A stretch of DNA of 64,000 nucleotides from Gammaproteobacteria bacterium. Its GTDB lineage: Bacteria; Pseudomonadota; Gammaproteobacteria; Xanthomonadales; Wenzhouxiangellaceae. The notes under the pieces were generated by a model, which worked only from the letters and a program-made list of their open reading frames with translations, had not been told where the DNA came from and searched no databases. The stretch's first letter is position 1. Each line of letters starts with the position of its first letter. This document shows, one piece after another, positions 48,832 through 58,953 of this stretch. The DNA lies in the NCBI GenBank assembly GCA_009908385.1, contig JAAAPE010000004.1, forward strand, positions 2,322 to 66,321. The letters are read 5' to 3'. Both the position numbers and the translations under genes were made by a program.

Positions 48832-49391
48832 CGGCCGTGCTCCGTCATGATCAGCCCGTCGAGATCGAAACCGCTGCGCGAGGCCTCGTGCAGCAATTCT
48901 TCGCGAACCCGCTCGGGAATCGACGGCTCACGGGCAAGAAGCCACAGGTAACGGCGATTCTCGCTGCCCACGAGCACGTGGCGATAGTCCTCGTCGAGCG
49001 CGAAGACCCGGTAGTCGCCCCACACGAACGGCAGCAGCGACAGCCATTTCGGGGCGAACCGGACTTCGAGTGCTCCGTCGGGGCCCTCCGGCTCGACCTT
49101 GCGCGCGATACCCTCGGCCTGACTGACCTGCCCGCTCTCGCGCAGGCAGCGATTGGTCACCCGGATGCGCCCGTCCTCGCGGCGGGCGTAATGCGCGGTC
49201 ACGTCGGAGGAACACTGCGCCTGGAATCGATTGGGCAGCCGTGCGATCTCGTACCACAGGCCCTGGTAGCGCTCGAAGTCGATCCGGTCGACGACATCGA
49301 GCGGCTCCTTCGCCACGCCGGAGACGGCGATCAGCGCCAGCGTCGGCAGCAGGATTGCCCTTCTTGCGTTCAAGGTCATCATCAGCGACAT
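48828..49391 (-). CDS. Blc-like lipocalin
   Basis: RYQGLWYEIARLPNRFQ..C, V.NRC, GDYRVFALDEDY, YLWLLAR; start 49379-49391. Confidence 0.9.
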   Translation of the reverse strand: MSLMMTLNARRAILLPTLALIAVSGVAKEPLDVVDRIDFERYQGLWYEIARLPNRFQAQCSSDVTAHYARREDGRIRVTNRCLRESGQVSQAEGIARKVEPEGPDGALEVRFAPKWLSLLPFVWGDYRVFALDEDYRHVLVGSENRRYLWLLAREPSIPERVREELLHEASRSGFDLDGLIMTEHGR

Positions 49392-49512
49392 TCTATCTGC
49401 CGCGACCGGTCGATCGGTGAACAGCTGCTCGCGGTTTGCGGACCTGCTACACTGTGCGCTACAGATCGCTGAATTCCTTGAATAAAGGGGGTGTTGACGG
49501 AGCTTAGAGCCG

Positions 49513-50985
49513 ATGACCCACACAAGCACCCCCCGCTGCCGCCATCACCGGCAGCAGCCCGCCCTCTGGCATTGCCCCGCCTGCAGCCTCGACCTCTGCA
49601 AGGACTGCAGGCCCTACGCCGAACAGCTTCCGATCGAAATCCACTGCCCCCTGTGCCAGTCCGCCGTGCAGGAACTGCATGCAACACCCCCGCCCCTGGC
49701 GCGCTGGAAGGAATTGGCGACGACCCCGCTGGTCCGCCGCTCCCTGCTCTGGCTGCCTGGCCTGGCGGCAATCGCGGCAGCCGTACCCGCCCCGGGAGCG
49801 CGATGGGCGCTTGCCGTGCCCTTGTTCGTCCTGTTCTCGGCCTGGACGGTCCTGCTCGCCCGTCACGCCGCGGAACAGCGGACCGGGCCATTGAAGCTCG
49901 GGAGCCTGTTCGAGATCGAGGGGCTCGAATACGGGCTGCAGACCTTCTGGTTCGCCCTGCCATTCGCCGCCCTGTTCGCCCTGGCCGCCGCAACCGGCTC
50001 GCTGGCACTGAACATCGTCGCACTGGCGATCACCGCTGCGCTCGCTCCAGCGGCGCTGATGGCGACCGTGATGAGCGACCATGCGAGCGGCATGCTGCAA
50101 CCGCAGCGGATCCGGCAACTGCTCGTGCACACCCGGCGCGACTATCTGCCGGTCGCCCTGCTCGGCCTGTCGGCCACCGGCCTGCTCGCCTTCGCGCTGC
50201 AGCTGCCCGGGACGAGCCCCTGGAAGATTGCCGGCTCAGTCGTTGCGGGTCTCGCCGGCGGCTGGCTGCTGACGGCCTGGGGGCGCGCGGTCGGCGAACT
50301 GCTCTACCGGCACCGGCGGATGCTCGACTATCCGGCGGGCGTCGATTCGCTCGATCGGCCGCGCCGTCCGAACGAGCGCGTCTACCGACCCGCGCTGATG
50401 GTGTCCGACGCCCAGATCATGCTTGTCGAGGGGCGCAAGAAAGCGGCCAGGCGCTATCTCGGTGAATGCCTGACGCGCTTCCCCGACGACCTCGAACTCA
50501 ACCGCCAGTTCGACGAGCTGGTCCGGGAGTCCTCGTCCAGGCCCGAGTACCGGAACCACCTGGAACGTCGCCTGAGGCGCCTGGTCGGCCGCGGACAGTC
50601 GGCGGGGGCCGCCGACATCTGGGAGCGCAACAACGCCTACCTCGGCAACTGGACGCCCAAATCGAGCGAAACGCGCTACCGGCTGGCCCTCGAGCTCGAC
50701 CAGCGCGGCGAGCATGCCGTCGCATTCCGGATGCTGATCGGGTTGTCGCCGAAGAACGCGGGGTTCAATCATCTGGCGGAAGCCTGGCTGGAGGCGGCAC
50801 GCATTCTCGACCAGCACCTCGGGGACCCCGACAAGGCCGCAGACTTGCGCCACTTCGTGGGCGAAAACTACCCGGAACGGGCGCGAAAGTGGCTCAAGAA
50901 GTGGCAGGCGTACCACCAGCCCCGATCATCCCGGCGGACGCGCGCGGGCAATGCGGGAGCACGCGCCGGGGCCGGGGCCGGCTGA
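49513..50985 (+). CDS. B-box-like zinc finger / multi-TM / TPR-like hypothetical protein
   Basis: CRHH...WHCPAC...LCKDC...CPLC N-terminus, ~6 hydrophobic segments, helical C-terminal region. Confidence 0.75.
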   Translation: MTHTSTPRCRHHRQQPALWHCPACSLDLCKDCRPYAEQLPIEIHCPLCQSAVQELHATPPPLARWKELATTPLVRRSLLWLPGLAAIAAAVPAPGARWALAVPLFVLFSAWTVLLARHAAEQRTGPLKLGSLFEIEGLEYGLQTFWFALPFAALFALAAATGSLALNIVALAITAALAPAALMATVMSDHASGMLQPQRIRQLLVHTRRDYLPVALLGLSATGLLAFALQLPGTSPWKIAGSVVAGLAGGWLLTAWGRAVGELLYRHRRMLDYPAGVDSLDRPRRPNERVYRPALMVSDAQIMLVEGRKKAARRYLGECLTRFPDDLELNRQFDELVRESSSRPEYRNHLERRLRRLVGRGQSAGAADIWERNNAYLGNWTPKSSETRYRLALELDQRGEHAVAFRMLIGLSPKNAGFNHLAEAWLEAARILDQHLGDPDKAADLRHFVGENYPERARKWLKKWQAYHQPRSSRRTRAGNAGARAGAGAG

Positions 50986-51064
50986 GTCCGGCGGTTGGTC
51001 CCATCGACGGAAATCGGGTAGTCTTGGCGACTGTTTTCGTCCAAGCGCGGGGAACGCCCGAAAC

Positions 51065-52921
51065 ATGATTCTATCCGTCCCGAAGGTGGTCTTTGCGACC
51101 ATCCTGATCGCGATCGCCGCCTGGCCCGCTTCGGCCAGCACTTCCGAAATCCCGCAGAACCAGGTGTGGCCGGCCGGTGCGGGCAGCATGACGCTGGAAA
51201 TCCGCGCCGACTACCTGCCCGACTTCGGGCTGGAGGTCCTGCAGGGCGACGCGCCGATCGAAACCCGGGAGCGGGTGGACTTCCGGGTCGACGCGATCGA
51301 ACCGCTGCGGGTGCGCGCACCCTGGGGCCATCTCGAGTCGCTGGACCAGTCAACGGGCCGCCTGGCGGTCCGCACCGGACTGACGCTTCGCCACGACGGC
51401 CGGACGCTCGCCCTCGATCCCCTGTTCCTTGTGCCCGGGGAGCACCGCGGCCACCCCCAGCTCGTCGCAGAGGACGAACAGGGCCGCGAGCTCTTCCGCC
51501 TGACGCACATGCACATCCTCGCGCTCGGCGACCGCGGCCGCCTGAGCATCGCCAACGCCGAGGTCGTCGCCTCCGGCTACATGGCCGACGCGCTCGGCCT
51601 CGACGCCCTCGAGGGCATGCCGATCGCCCTGGGCTGGCTGGAGCTCGGCATGACGGTGCCCGACGGCGCCATCGTCGACGGCGAGCCGCCGAGCTGCAGC
51701 GGGCGCCCGATCTGGCCTCAGGAGGGTCAGTACGAGGCCGACGTGACCCTGATCAACATGAGCAGCGTCGCCTACCAGGGAACAGAGCCCGGCACCGGGC
51801 GGGTCAAGATCGCGCCGTCGGCCACGCTCAAGAACGAGGGTCTCGCCGACATCCCCTGGTACCCCCAGTTCTCGAGCCCGTCGGGCTATCCCTACGACCC
51901 GGCCGACCAGCACCCCTTCCTGGTCTGGAACGCCTATCGAGTCACCGAAAACCGCATCCGCATGCTGGCCGACTCCGGAGTCAAACACGCTTTCCTGACG
52001 ATCAACGTCAACTGCACCAACTGCGGCAGTTCCAATATCCTCTGGCCCGAGTGCGAGGACACCTATTCGAGCGGCAACAACGACACCTCGACCTACCAGG
52101 GCCCGCGCGACGAGATCGTTACCAGCCTCGGCGAGTGGGACAACTGCGGCTCCTTCTTCGATCCGGGTTGCACGGGCAACCAGACCGGCTTTTCGGGCCA
52201 GTGGCTCAACCGCCTGCTGATCGATCCGGCCGAGTTCACCGGCGATCGCGGCGGCACGCTCTACCTCGATTCCTGGTACGTGGTGAAGTACGACACCGAC
52301 ATCTGGAACACCATGGGCTTTCGATCCTTCGAACCCACGCCCTCCGGCGGCGGCTGGAGCATGAATCCCGGCCCCTACCAGCAGGGTCCGGTGATCAGCC
52401 AGTGGGTCGCCGAGGACGAGACCGACCCGATGGCCGACCACGACGTCATCGTCGTGCCCTCGGAAACTCCCGGCGCGGATTACCCCGGCAACATGCCGCA
52501 GGGGCACCTCCGCCTGCTGGTGAAGGTCAGTCAGACCGAACCCGGGCGGTATCGCTACAACTATGCGCTCCAGAACTACGACTTCGACCGCGCCATGGAA
52601 GGCTTCCGGATCGACCTGCCGGAGGGCACCACCGTCCACGACACCTTCTTCGGCGACATCGACAACGATGCCGACAACGACTGGACCATCGAGGTCAACG
52701 CCGACCACGTGCTCTTCGAGGCACCGGCGGACAATCCGCTGACCTGGTTCACCCTGTTCAATTTCGAGATCGAAGTCGACGCCGCACCGGTCGACAGCCA
52801 GGTCACCCTCGACCTGGGCAGCGACGCCGTGATGCCGGAAATGCAGGTCACGACCCTCGGGCCGACCCTGCTGACCGAGCTGATCTTCGGAGACCGCTTC
52901 GAGCCCGCACCGACCGACTAG
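51065..52921 (+). CDS. secreted uncharacterised Cys/His-rich protein with C-terminal IFGDRFE
   Basis: Signal peptide MILSVPKVVFATILIAIAAWPASA; HPFLVWNAYR, GVKHAFLTIN.NC.NC, CEDTYS, GPRDEI, CGSFFDPGC; ends ELIFGDRFEPAPTD. Confidence 0.85.
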   Translation: MILSVPKVVFATILIAIAAWPASASTSEIPQNQVWPAGAGSMTLEIRADYLPDFGLEVLQGDAPIETRERVDFRVDAIEPLRVRAPWGHLESLDQSTGRLAVRTGLTLRHDGRTLALDPLFLVPGEHRGHPQLVAEDEQGRELFRLTHMHILALGDRGRLSIANAEVVASGYMADALGLDALEGMPIALGWLELGMTVPDGAIVDGEPPSCSGRPIWPQEGQYEADVTLINMSSVAYQGTEPGTGRVKIAPSATLKNEGLADIPWYPQFSSPSGYPYDPADQHPFLVWNAYRVTENRIRMLADSGVKHAFLTINVNCTNCGSSNILWPECEDTYSSGNNDTSTYQGPRDEIVTSLGEWDNCGSFFDPGCTGNQTGFSGQWLNRLLIDPAEFTGDRGGTLYLDSWYVVKYDTDIWNTMGFRSFEPTPSGGGWSMNPGPYQQGPVISQWVAEDETDPMADHDVIVVPSETPGADYPGNMPQGHLRLLVKVSQTEPGRYRYNYALQNYDFDRAMEGFRIDLPEGTTVHDTFFGDIDNDADNDWTIEVNADHVLFEAPADNPLTWFTLFNFEIEVDAAPVDSQVTLDLGSDAVMPEMQVTTLGPTLLTELIFGDRFEPAPTD

Positions 52922-52970
52922 CCGGCCTCTCGGCCGGCGACCACGTCAACGGGCCGCCTCGGGCGGCCCG
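52921..52970. terminator. paired GC-rich hairpins between convergent genes
   Basis: GCCGGCC-TCTC-GGCCGGC and CGGGCCGCC-TCG-GGCGGCCCG; no U tract. Confidence 0.45.
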
Positions 52971-52981
52971 CCCCGCGTCGC

Positions 52982-54529
52982 TCAGTCCCGGACCTCGGGG
53001 CGCAGGTAGGGAAAGAGCAGCACGTCGCGGATCGAGGCCGAATCCGTCAGCAGCATGACCAGGCGATCGATGCCGATGCCCTCGCCCGCGGCCGGGGGCA
53101 TGCCGTATTCGAGCGCCCGGATATAGTCCTGGTCGAAATGCATGGCCTCGGCGTCCCCGGCGTCGCGCGCACTGGCCTGGGCGCGAAAGCGCTCGGCCTG
53201 GTCCTCCGGATCGTTGAGCTCCGAAAAGCCGTTGGCGATCTCGCGACCGGCGACGATCAGCTCGAAACGATCGGCGAAGTCCGGGTCCGACTCGCTGCGA
53301 CGCGACAGCGGCGAGACCTCGATGGGGTAATGCGTGACGAAGGTCGGCTGCACGAGCCGATGCTCGACGCCCGCTTCGAACAACTCCATGAGCCGGCGTC
53401 CCCAGCCCCAGGCGTCGTCGACGTGAATGTCGTGCGATCGGCAGACCTCCCCGAGCCGGTCGGCGTCCTTGACGTCCTCGGGAAAGAGTTCGTCATAGTG
53501 GGCCAGCACCGCCTCGACGACCGTGACCCGTTCGAAATCACCGGTGAAGTCGATGGTCTCGCCCTGGTACTCGACCTGCCCGTCGGCCATGCCCGGCAGC
53601 TTCGTGACCAGCCGATTGAGCAGGTCCTGGGTGAGACGGATCAGGTCATCGTAGTCCGCGTGCGCCCAGTAGAACTCGAGCATCGTGAACTCGGGATTGT
53701 GCCGTGTCGACACGCCTTCGTTGCGGAAATTCCTGTTGATCTCGTAGACCTTCTCGAGGCCGCCGACGAGCAGGCGCTTGAGGTGCAGCTCCGGCGCCAC
53801 GCGCAGGTACAGGTCCAGATCGAGCGCGTTGTGATGCGTCACGAACGGTCGCGCGGTCGCGCCGCCGGGGATGTGATGCATCATCGGCGTCTCGACTTCC
53901 AGAAAGCCGTGCGCGTCGAAGTAGTGGCGGATGGCGCGAACGATGAGCGAGCGCCGAACGAACGTTTCGCGCACCTCGGGATTGACGATCAGGTCGACAT
54001 AGCGCTGCCGATAGCGCATTTCCTGATCGGTCAGCCCGTGCCACTTCTCCGGCAGCGGGCGGAGGGCCTTGGTCAGCAGCCGGATATCGGAAGCATGAAG
54101 GCTCAATTCGCCGGTGCGCGTTCGCATCAGCCGGCCGGTCACACCCACGATATCGCCGATGTCCCACTGCTTGAAGGACCGGTAGACGCCCTCGGGCAGA
54201 TCGTCTCGACGCAAGTAGAGCTGGATGCGCGCGCCCGATCCGTCCTGGATGTGGACGAAGCTCGCCTTGCCCATGATCCGTCGCGACAGGATACGGCCGG
54301 CCAGGCTGTAGCCTTCTTCGCGCGCCTCGAGCGCGGCCTGGTCCCAATCGTCCGCATCGCCGAATCGTTCCAGCAGCGTTGCCGCGTCCGCACCGACCCG
54401 GAAATCGTTGGGATAGGCCTCGCCGAGCTCACGCAGGTCGTGCAGCTTCTCCCGCCGCTCGGCGATCAGGCGGTTCTCGTCCACTTCGGCACCCTCGGGG
54501 GCTTCGGTCTTGTCCTTGCGTTCGGTCAT
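52982..54529 (-). CDS. lysS: lysine--tRNA ligase
   Basis: [56 protein letters not shown]; start MTERK at 54529. Confidence 0.98.
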   Translation of the reverse strand: MTERKDKTEAPEGAEVDENRLIAERREKLHDLRELGEAYPNDFRVGADAATLLERFGDADDWDQAALEAREEGYSLAGRILSRRIMGKASFVHIQDGSGARIQLYLRRDDLPEGVYRSFKQWDIGDIVGVTGRLMRTRTGELSLHASDIRLLTKALRPLPEKWHGLTDQEMRYRQRYVDLIVNPEVRETFVRRSLIVRAIRHYFDAHGFLEVETPMMHHIPGGATARPFVTHHNALDLDLYLRVAPELHLKRLLVGGLEKVYEINRNFRNEGVSTRHNPEFTMLEFYWAHADYDDLIRLTQDLLNRLVTKLPGMADGQVEYQGETIDFTGDFERVTVVEAVLAHYDELFPEDVKDADRLGEVCRSHDIHVDDAWGWGRRLMELFEAGVEHRLVQPTFVTHYPIEVSPLSRRSESDPDFADRFELIVAGREIANGFSELNDPEDQAERFRAQASARDAGDAEAMHFDQDYIRALEYGMPPAAGEGIGIDRLVMLLTDSASIRDVLLFPYLRPEVRD

Positions 54530-54546
54530 GTCTTCCTGCCGTTTTT

Positions 54547-54607
54547 TGGGACTGGGAACAAGCAAGACCATACCTGGTCCTTGGTCCTTGGTCCCTGGTC
54601 CCTGTCC
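54547..54607. repeat. inverted heptamer tandem array between prfB and lysS
   Basis: Minus strand after the prfB TAG: GGACAGG-GACCAGG-GACCAAG-GACCAAG-GACCAGG, then degenerate inverted arm TGGTCTTGCTTGTTCCCAGTCCC. Confidence 0.8.
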
Positions 54608-55706
54608 CTATTCCAGCCCAGACTGGAGCTGCGCGGCGGCGAACTCGTCTAGGTCGCCGTCGAGCACCTTCTGGGTATCGCTGCGCTCCACGCCGGTGCG
54701 CAGGTCCTTGATGCGCGACTGGTCGAGCACGTAGTTGCGGATCTGGCTACCCCAGCCGATATCGGCCTTCTCGTCCTCGGCGGCCTGGGCCTTGTCACGC
54801 TGCTTCTGCAGTTCCAGCTCGTAGAGCTTGGCCCTGAGCTGCTTCATCGCCTGATCCTTGTTCTTGTGCTGCGACCGGTCCGTCTGGCACTGGACGACGA
54901 TCCCGCTCGGCTCGTGCGTGATGCGCACGGCCGACTCGGTCCGGTTGACGTGCTGCCCGCCCGCGCCCGAGGCCCGATAGACGTCGACACGCAGGTCGGA
55001 GGGGTCGATGTCGACTTCGATCGAATCGTCGATCTCGGGCGAAACGAAAACGCTGGCAAAGGACGTATGCCGGCGATTGCCCGAGTCGAACGGCGATTTC
55101 CTCACCAGGCGGTGCACGCCGGTTTCGGTGCGGCACCAGCCGAACGCGTGGTCGCCCTCGACGCGCACGGTTGCGCTCTTGACGCCGGCGACATCGCCTT
55201 CGGAAACCTCGATCAATTCGGTCTTCCAGCCGCGGTGCTCGGCCCAACGCAAGTACATCCGCAGCAGCATCTCGGCCCAGTCCTGCGCCTCGGTGCCGCC
55301 CGATCCGGCCTGGATGTCGATGAAGCAGGACCTGTCGTCCATCTCACCCGAGAACATGCGCTGGAATTCCAGGTCGGCGACCTGCCTCTCCAGCCGCTGG
55401 AGATCCGAGGCCACGCTGTCGAGCGTATCCTCGTCATCTTCTTCCTGCGCCAGCTCGAACAGCTCCGCCGCGTCGCGCACGCCTTCGATGACGGCACGCT
55501 GGGCGCTCACCGAGCGATCCAGGTCGGAGCGTTCCTTGCCGAGCTTCTGGGCGTGATCGGGGTCGTCCCAGACCGACGGCACCTCGAGCTCGCGCGTGAC
55601 TTCCTCGAGTCTTTCTAGCTTGCCATCGTAGTCAAAGGTACCCCCTCAGCGCCCCGACACGGCGCTCCAGGTCGTCCAGCAGGTGCTTGATCGCGGTCTG
55701 TTCCAT
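54608..55706 (-). CDS. prfB: peptide chain release factor 2 (programmed +1 frameshift)
   Basis: ATG 55706 [24 protein letters not shown], then CTT TGA C, +1 shift to [12 protein letters not shown]...; SPF and GGQ motifs. Confidence 0.98.
55631..55646 (-). promoter_or_regulatory. RF2 autoregulatory frameshift cassette
   Basis: AGGGGG-TAC-CTT-TGA-C: internal SD, slippery CTT T, weak UGA C stop. Confidence 0.97.
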
Positions 55707-55851
55707 GAGAGTCTGATTCCTTGGCTGCAGAGTCGAAATGGCAAAGCTGGCTATTGTAACGCCGGGCCGTGTCCAGCGGCCACCGTCCCATTGAAGCCGA
55801 CAGTTGTTACATTACGTACAGGATCCCTAAGGCAAGGAGTGACCTGAAGCC

Positions 55852-56301
55852 ATGAACAAGTACTGGATCGTGGTTGCCGACGCCAGCAGGGCGCGGCTGT
55901 TCGCACGCAGAAAGAAGTTCAGTCCCCTCGAGGAAGTCGAGTCGCTGGTTCACCCTGAATCGAGGCTTAGACGCCAGGACCTGGTGTCGGATCGTCCGGG
56001 ACAGGTTCAGGAATCGAGAACGCCCGGCGAATATGCCGCCGAGGAAGGCACCGATCCGAAGGAGGTCGAAGCGCAGACCTTCGCACGTGAACTCGCCCGC
56101 CGCCTGCACGAAGCGCACGCCGCCGGGGAATTCGAACACCTGGTGCTGCTGGCCGAACCCCACTTCCTGGGCCAACTGCGCAAGCGACTTGACGGCAGGA
56201 CAGCCAGCGCCGTGGTCGCCCGGGTTGCCGTCAATCTCACCCGCGAGGATATCGCGCATATCACCAAGCGGGCCGATTCGGCGCTGGAATCACCGGACTG
56301 A
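55852..56301 (+). CDS. host attachment family protein (bacterial aeRF1-like)
   Basis: WIVVADASRARLF, LVSDRPG, FARELA..L, LVLLAEPHFLGQLR; SD AAGGAG. Confidence 0.87.
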   Translation: MNKYWIVVADASRARLFARRKKFSPLEEVESLVHPESRLRRQDLVSDRPGQVQESRTPGEYAAEEGTDPKEVEAQTFARELARRLHEAHAAGEFEHLVLLAEPHFLGQLRKRLDGRTASAVVARVAVNLTREDIAHITKRADSALESPD

Positions 56302-56314
56302 CCGCGAGCGGCAA

Positions 56315-58033
56315 TCAGCCTTTCCGGGGCTTCTCGACGAGGTAGCGGATCCGCAGCTGGGGGTTCACCCGACCCTGCCAGCGGTTGATCTCGAGACTAT
56401 AGACGGCCTCCAGGGGTTCCGGCAGTTCGCCGTGGCAGAGGCCGCCCGCGCCGAAAGCGATCGCGTCGAGAACGGGGCCGCCTTCCACGGGCTGCAGGCG
56501 CAGCTTGAGGTGGTGCGAACCCACTACGCGCCGCTCGCGCACGTGGAAACGTCCGTCGAAGATCGGCTCCGGCCAGGCCTGCCCCCACGGGCCCGCCCGG
56601 GCCAGGGCGTCCGCGGTCTCGAGCGACAGTTCTTCGGCGGCAAGCTGCCCGTCGGTGTGCACGACGTCGGGCTCGAACACCCGGTCGGCCAGCGTCTCGT
56701 CAAAGGCCCGCCGGAAGGCCGCCAGGCGGTCCTCGGACAGCGACAGGCCAGCGGCGCGCGCGTGCCCCCCGAAGCGGTCGATCAGGCCGGGGTGGCGCGC
56801 ATCGATCTCGACCAGAAGATCGCGCATGTGCACGCCCGAAGGGCTGCGCCCGGATCCCTTGAGCTCGCTGCCGCCCGTCTCGGCGGGCGCGAAAGCGATG
56901 ACCGGACGCTGCAGCCGCTCGACCAGTCTTCCCGCGACCAGACCGACCACGCCCTGGTGCCAGTCGGGGTCGAAGACACACAGCCCCTGCAGGTTGCCCT
57001 CGATGCGCTCGGCCAGCGCCTTGGCCTGCTCCTCGGCCATTTCCTGCATATCGGCCTGCAGGGTCCGGCGTTCGCGGTTGAGGGCGTCGAGACGCTGGGC
57101 CAGTTCGGCGGCCTCGGCGTCCCGGTCGGCCAGCAGGCAGCGGATGCCGATGCTCATGTCGTCCAGGCGACCGGCCGCATTGAGCCTGGGCCCGGCCGCG
57201 AAGCCCATGTCCGAGGCGTCGGCGTGGCGCAGGTTGCGCCCGGCGACCTCCAGCAAGGCACGGACGCCGGGGAGGCAGCGCCCGGCCCGGATCCGGAGCA
57301 GGCCCTGCTGGACGAGCCGGCGGTTGTTCTCGTCGAGAGGCACCAGGTCGGCCACGGTGCCGAGGGCGACCAGGTCGAGCCACTGATCGAGACGCGGTTC
57401 CCTTCCGGTCTTGAAGCGCCCCTGTTCGCGCAGATGGGAACGCAAGGCCATGAGCAGGTAGAACACCACGCCGACCCCGGCCAGCGCGCGGGAGCCGAAT
57501 GTCTCGCCGGCCAGGTTGGGATTGACGATGGCGTCCGCCGGCGGCAGCGTCTCGCCCGGCAGGTGATGGTCGGTGACGATCACGCGCATGCCCGCCTGTC
57601 GCGCCAGCGAGACGCCCTCGTGGGAGCTGACTCCCTGGTCGACGGTGAGGACCAGGTCGGGCTCGAGGGGCACGAGTTCCTCGACCAGGGTGCGGCCCAG
57701 CCCGTACCCGTGACGGAAGCGGTCGGGCACGCGCCACTGGACGTCCGCAGCGCCCATGGCAGCGAGCCCGCGAACGGCCAGCGCGGTGCCGGTGGCACCG
57801 TCGGCGTCGAAGTCGCCCACGACGACGATTCGCCGTCGCTCGTCGATGGCGTCACCCAGCAAGCGGCACGCGGCATCCAGGCCACCCAGGGTGGGCGGCA
57901 GCAGCGTCCCCAGCGAGTAGTCGGGCACACTGCCGGCACCGCGCGCCGCCAGCACCCGGCCGACAACGGGGTGCACCCCGGCGACGGAAGCGTCCAGGCC
58001 ATCGCGCCGCCTCACGCGCACGAATCGAATCAT
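56315..58033 (-). CDS. recJ: single-stranded-DNA-specific exonuclease RecJ
   Basis: VVGDFDADG, PDRFRHGYGL, LTVDQG, VTDHH, LGTVAD, PRLNAAGRL, FGGHARAAG. Confidence 0.97.
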   Translation of the reverse strand: MIRFVRVRRRDGLDASVAGVHPVVGRVLAARGAGSVPDYSLGTLLPPTLGGLDAACRLLGDAIDERRRIVVVGDFDADGATGTALAVRGLAAMGAADVQWRVPDRFRHGYGLGRTLVEELVPLEPDLVLTVDQGVSSHEGVSLARQAGMRVIVTDHHLPGETLPPADAIVNPNLAGETFGSRALAGVGVVFYLLMALRSHLREQGRFKTGREPRLDQWLDLVALGTVADLVPLDENNRRLVQQGLLRIRAGRCLPGVRALLEVAGRNLRHADASDMGFAAGPRLNAAGRLDDMSIGIRCLLADRDAEAAELAQRLDALNRERRTLQADMQEMAEEQAKALAERIEGNLQGLCVFDPDWHQGVVGLVAGRLVERLQRPVIAFAPAETGGSELKGSGRSPSGVHMRDLLVEIDARHPGLIDRFGGHARAAGLSLSEDRLAAFRRAFDETLADRVFEPDVVHTDGQLAAEELSLETADALARAGPWGQAWPEPIFDGRFHVRERRVVGSHHLKLRLQPVEGGPVLDAIAFGAGGLCHGELPEPLEAVYSLEINRWQGRVNPQLRIRYLVEKPRKG

Positions 58034-58953
58034 CGCCAGAACCGCCAGGCGTCACGGACCGAGAAGCGTCGAACCGTCTCGATTCCAGCCAGTTCCAGCT
58101 GGCGAATTCGCCCCATTCGCAGCTGACGCCAGGCTTGCCGAAGGAACGTCTCCAGCCTTTCGAGATTGGCCCCGGCGGAATCCTCGAACCGGGCCGGCCA
58201 CTCGACCAGGAGACCGGCCGCCGGCTCCACCTCCGCCCCGAAGCGACGCCGCGGCAGGCCAAGCCATTCGGCCAGTCCGACGAGCACGGGATCGGCGGCG
58301 ACGAGACCGCGCACGCGGGGAGCGACTTCCGACAAATCCGGCAAGGATCCGCCGCCCCAGAACCACAGACTGCCCGGGATGGCGGCGCCGTCGGCCGCGG
58401 TCTTGCGGTGCTGGTGCAACACCACCTGCGTTTCGTTGAGCAGCCGCTGCCAGCGGCGCGCGCCGGGACCCTCGGGCAGCGCGTGTTCGAGGCTCCGGCC
58501 GGCCAGCGCCCAGGGCGGCGCGAAACGCGTTTCCGGGGTCGTATCCAGCGGCAGGTAGCCGCGCCCGCCTTCGGTAAGTTCCAGCCTCAGGCCTTCGTCG
58601 GCGAGGAGTTCGACCAGGGCCCGGCTCCAGTCGCCTCGTTCGAAGCGATCGTCGGCCTGCAACCAGACGGCGGCCAGGTCCGGCACCAGTCCGATCGGGT
58701 CGGCCCGCAACCATGCGCCTGCCGCCTCCCCGGGCCGGTCGAGCAGACGCGTCAGCGCCGCCGCCGGCAGGGGCCGGCCCGCGACCAGTTCACTCTGGGG
58801 AGACTCCGGATCGAGCGCGACCGGTTCACGACCACGGGTCAGTGCATCGATCAGGCCCGGCGGGCCCTCGGCCTCCCGCAGCAGTGATTCGAGCTGCGGG
58901 ACGTAGAGGACGAAACGTCGTTCAGGATCCGTAGCGAACCTCGACGATTTCAT
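58030..58953 (-). CDS. RpfE-like / phosphoglycerate-mutase-like conserved protein
   Basis: [38 protein letters not shown]; greA-X-recJ position matches Xanthomonas rpfE. Confidence 0.78.
   Translation of the reverse strand: MKSSRFATDPERRFVLYVPQLESLLREAEGPPGLIDALTRGREPVALDPESPQSELVAGRPLPAAALTRLLDRPGEAAGAWLRADPIGLVPDLAAVWLQADDRFERGDWSRALVELLADEGLRLELTEGGRGYLPLDTTPETRFAPPWALAGRSLEHALPEGPGARRWQRLLNETQVVLHQHRKTAADGAAIPGSLWFWGGGSLPDLSEVAPRVRGLVAADPVLVGLAEWLGLPRRRFGAEVEPAAGLLVEWPARFEDSAGANLERLETFLRQAWRQLRMGRIRQLELAGIETVRRFSVRDAWRFWR

Noticed and set aside
55630-55640. prfB as a pseudogene or sequencing error
   Set aside because: Exact match to the conserved programmed frameshift site.
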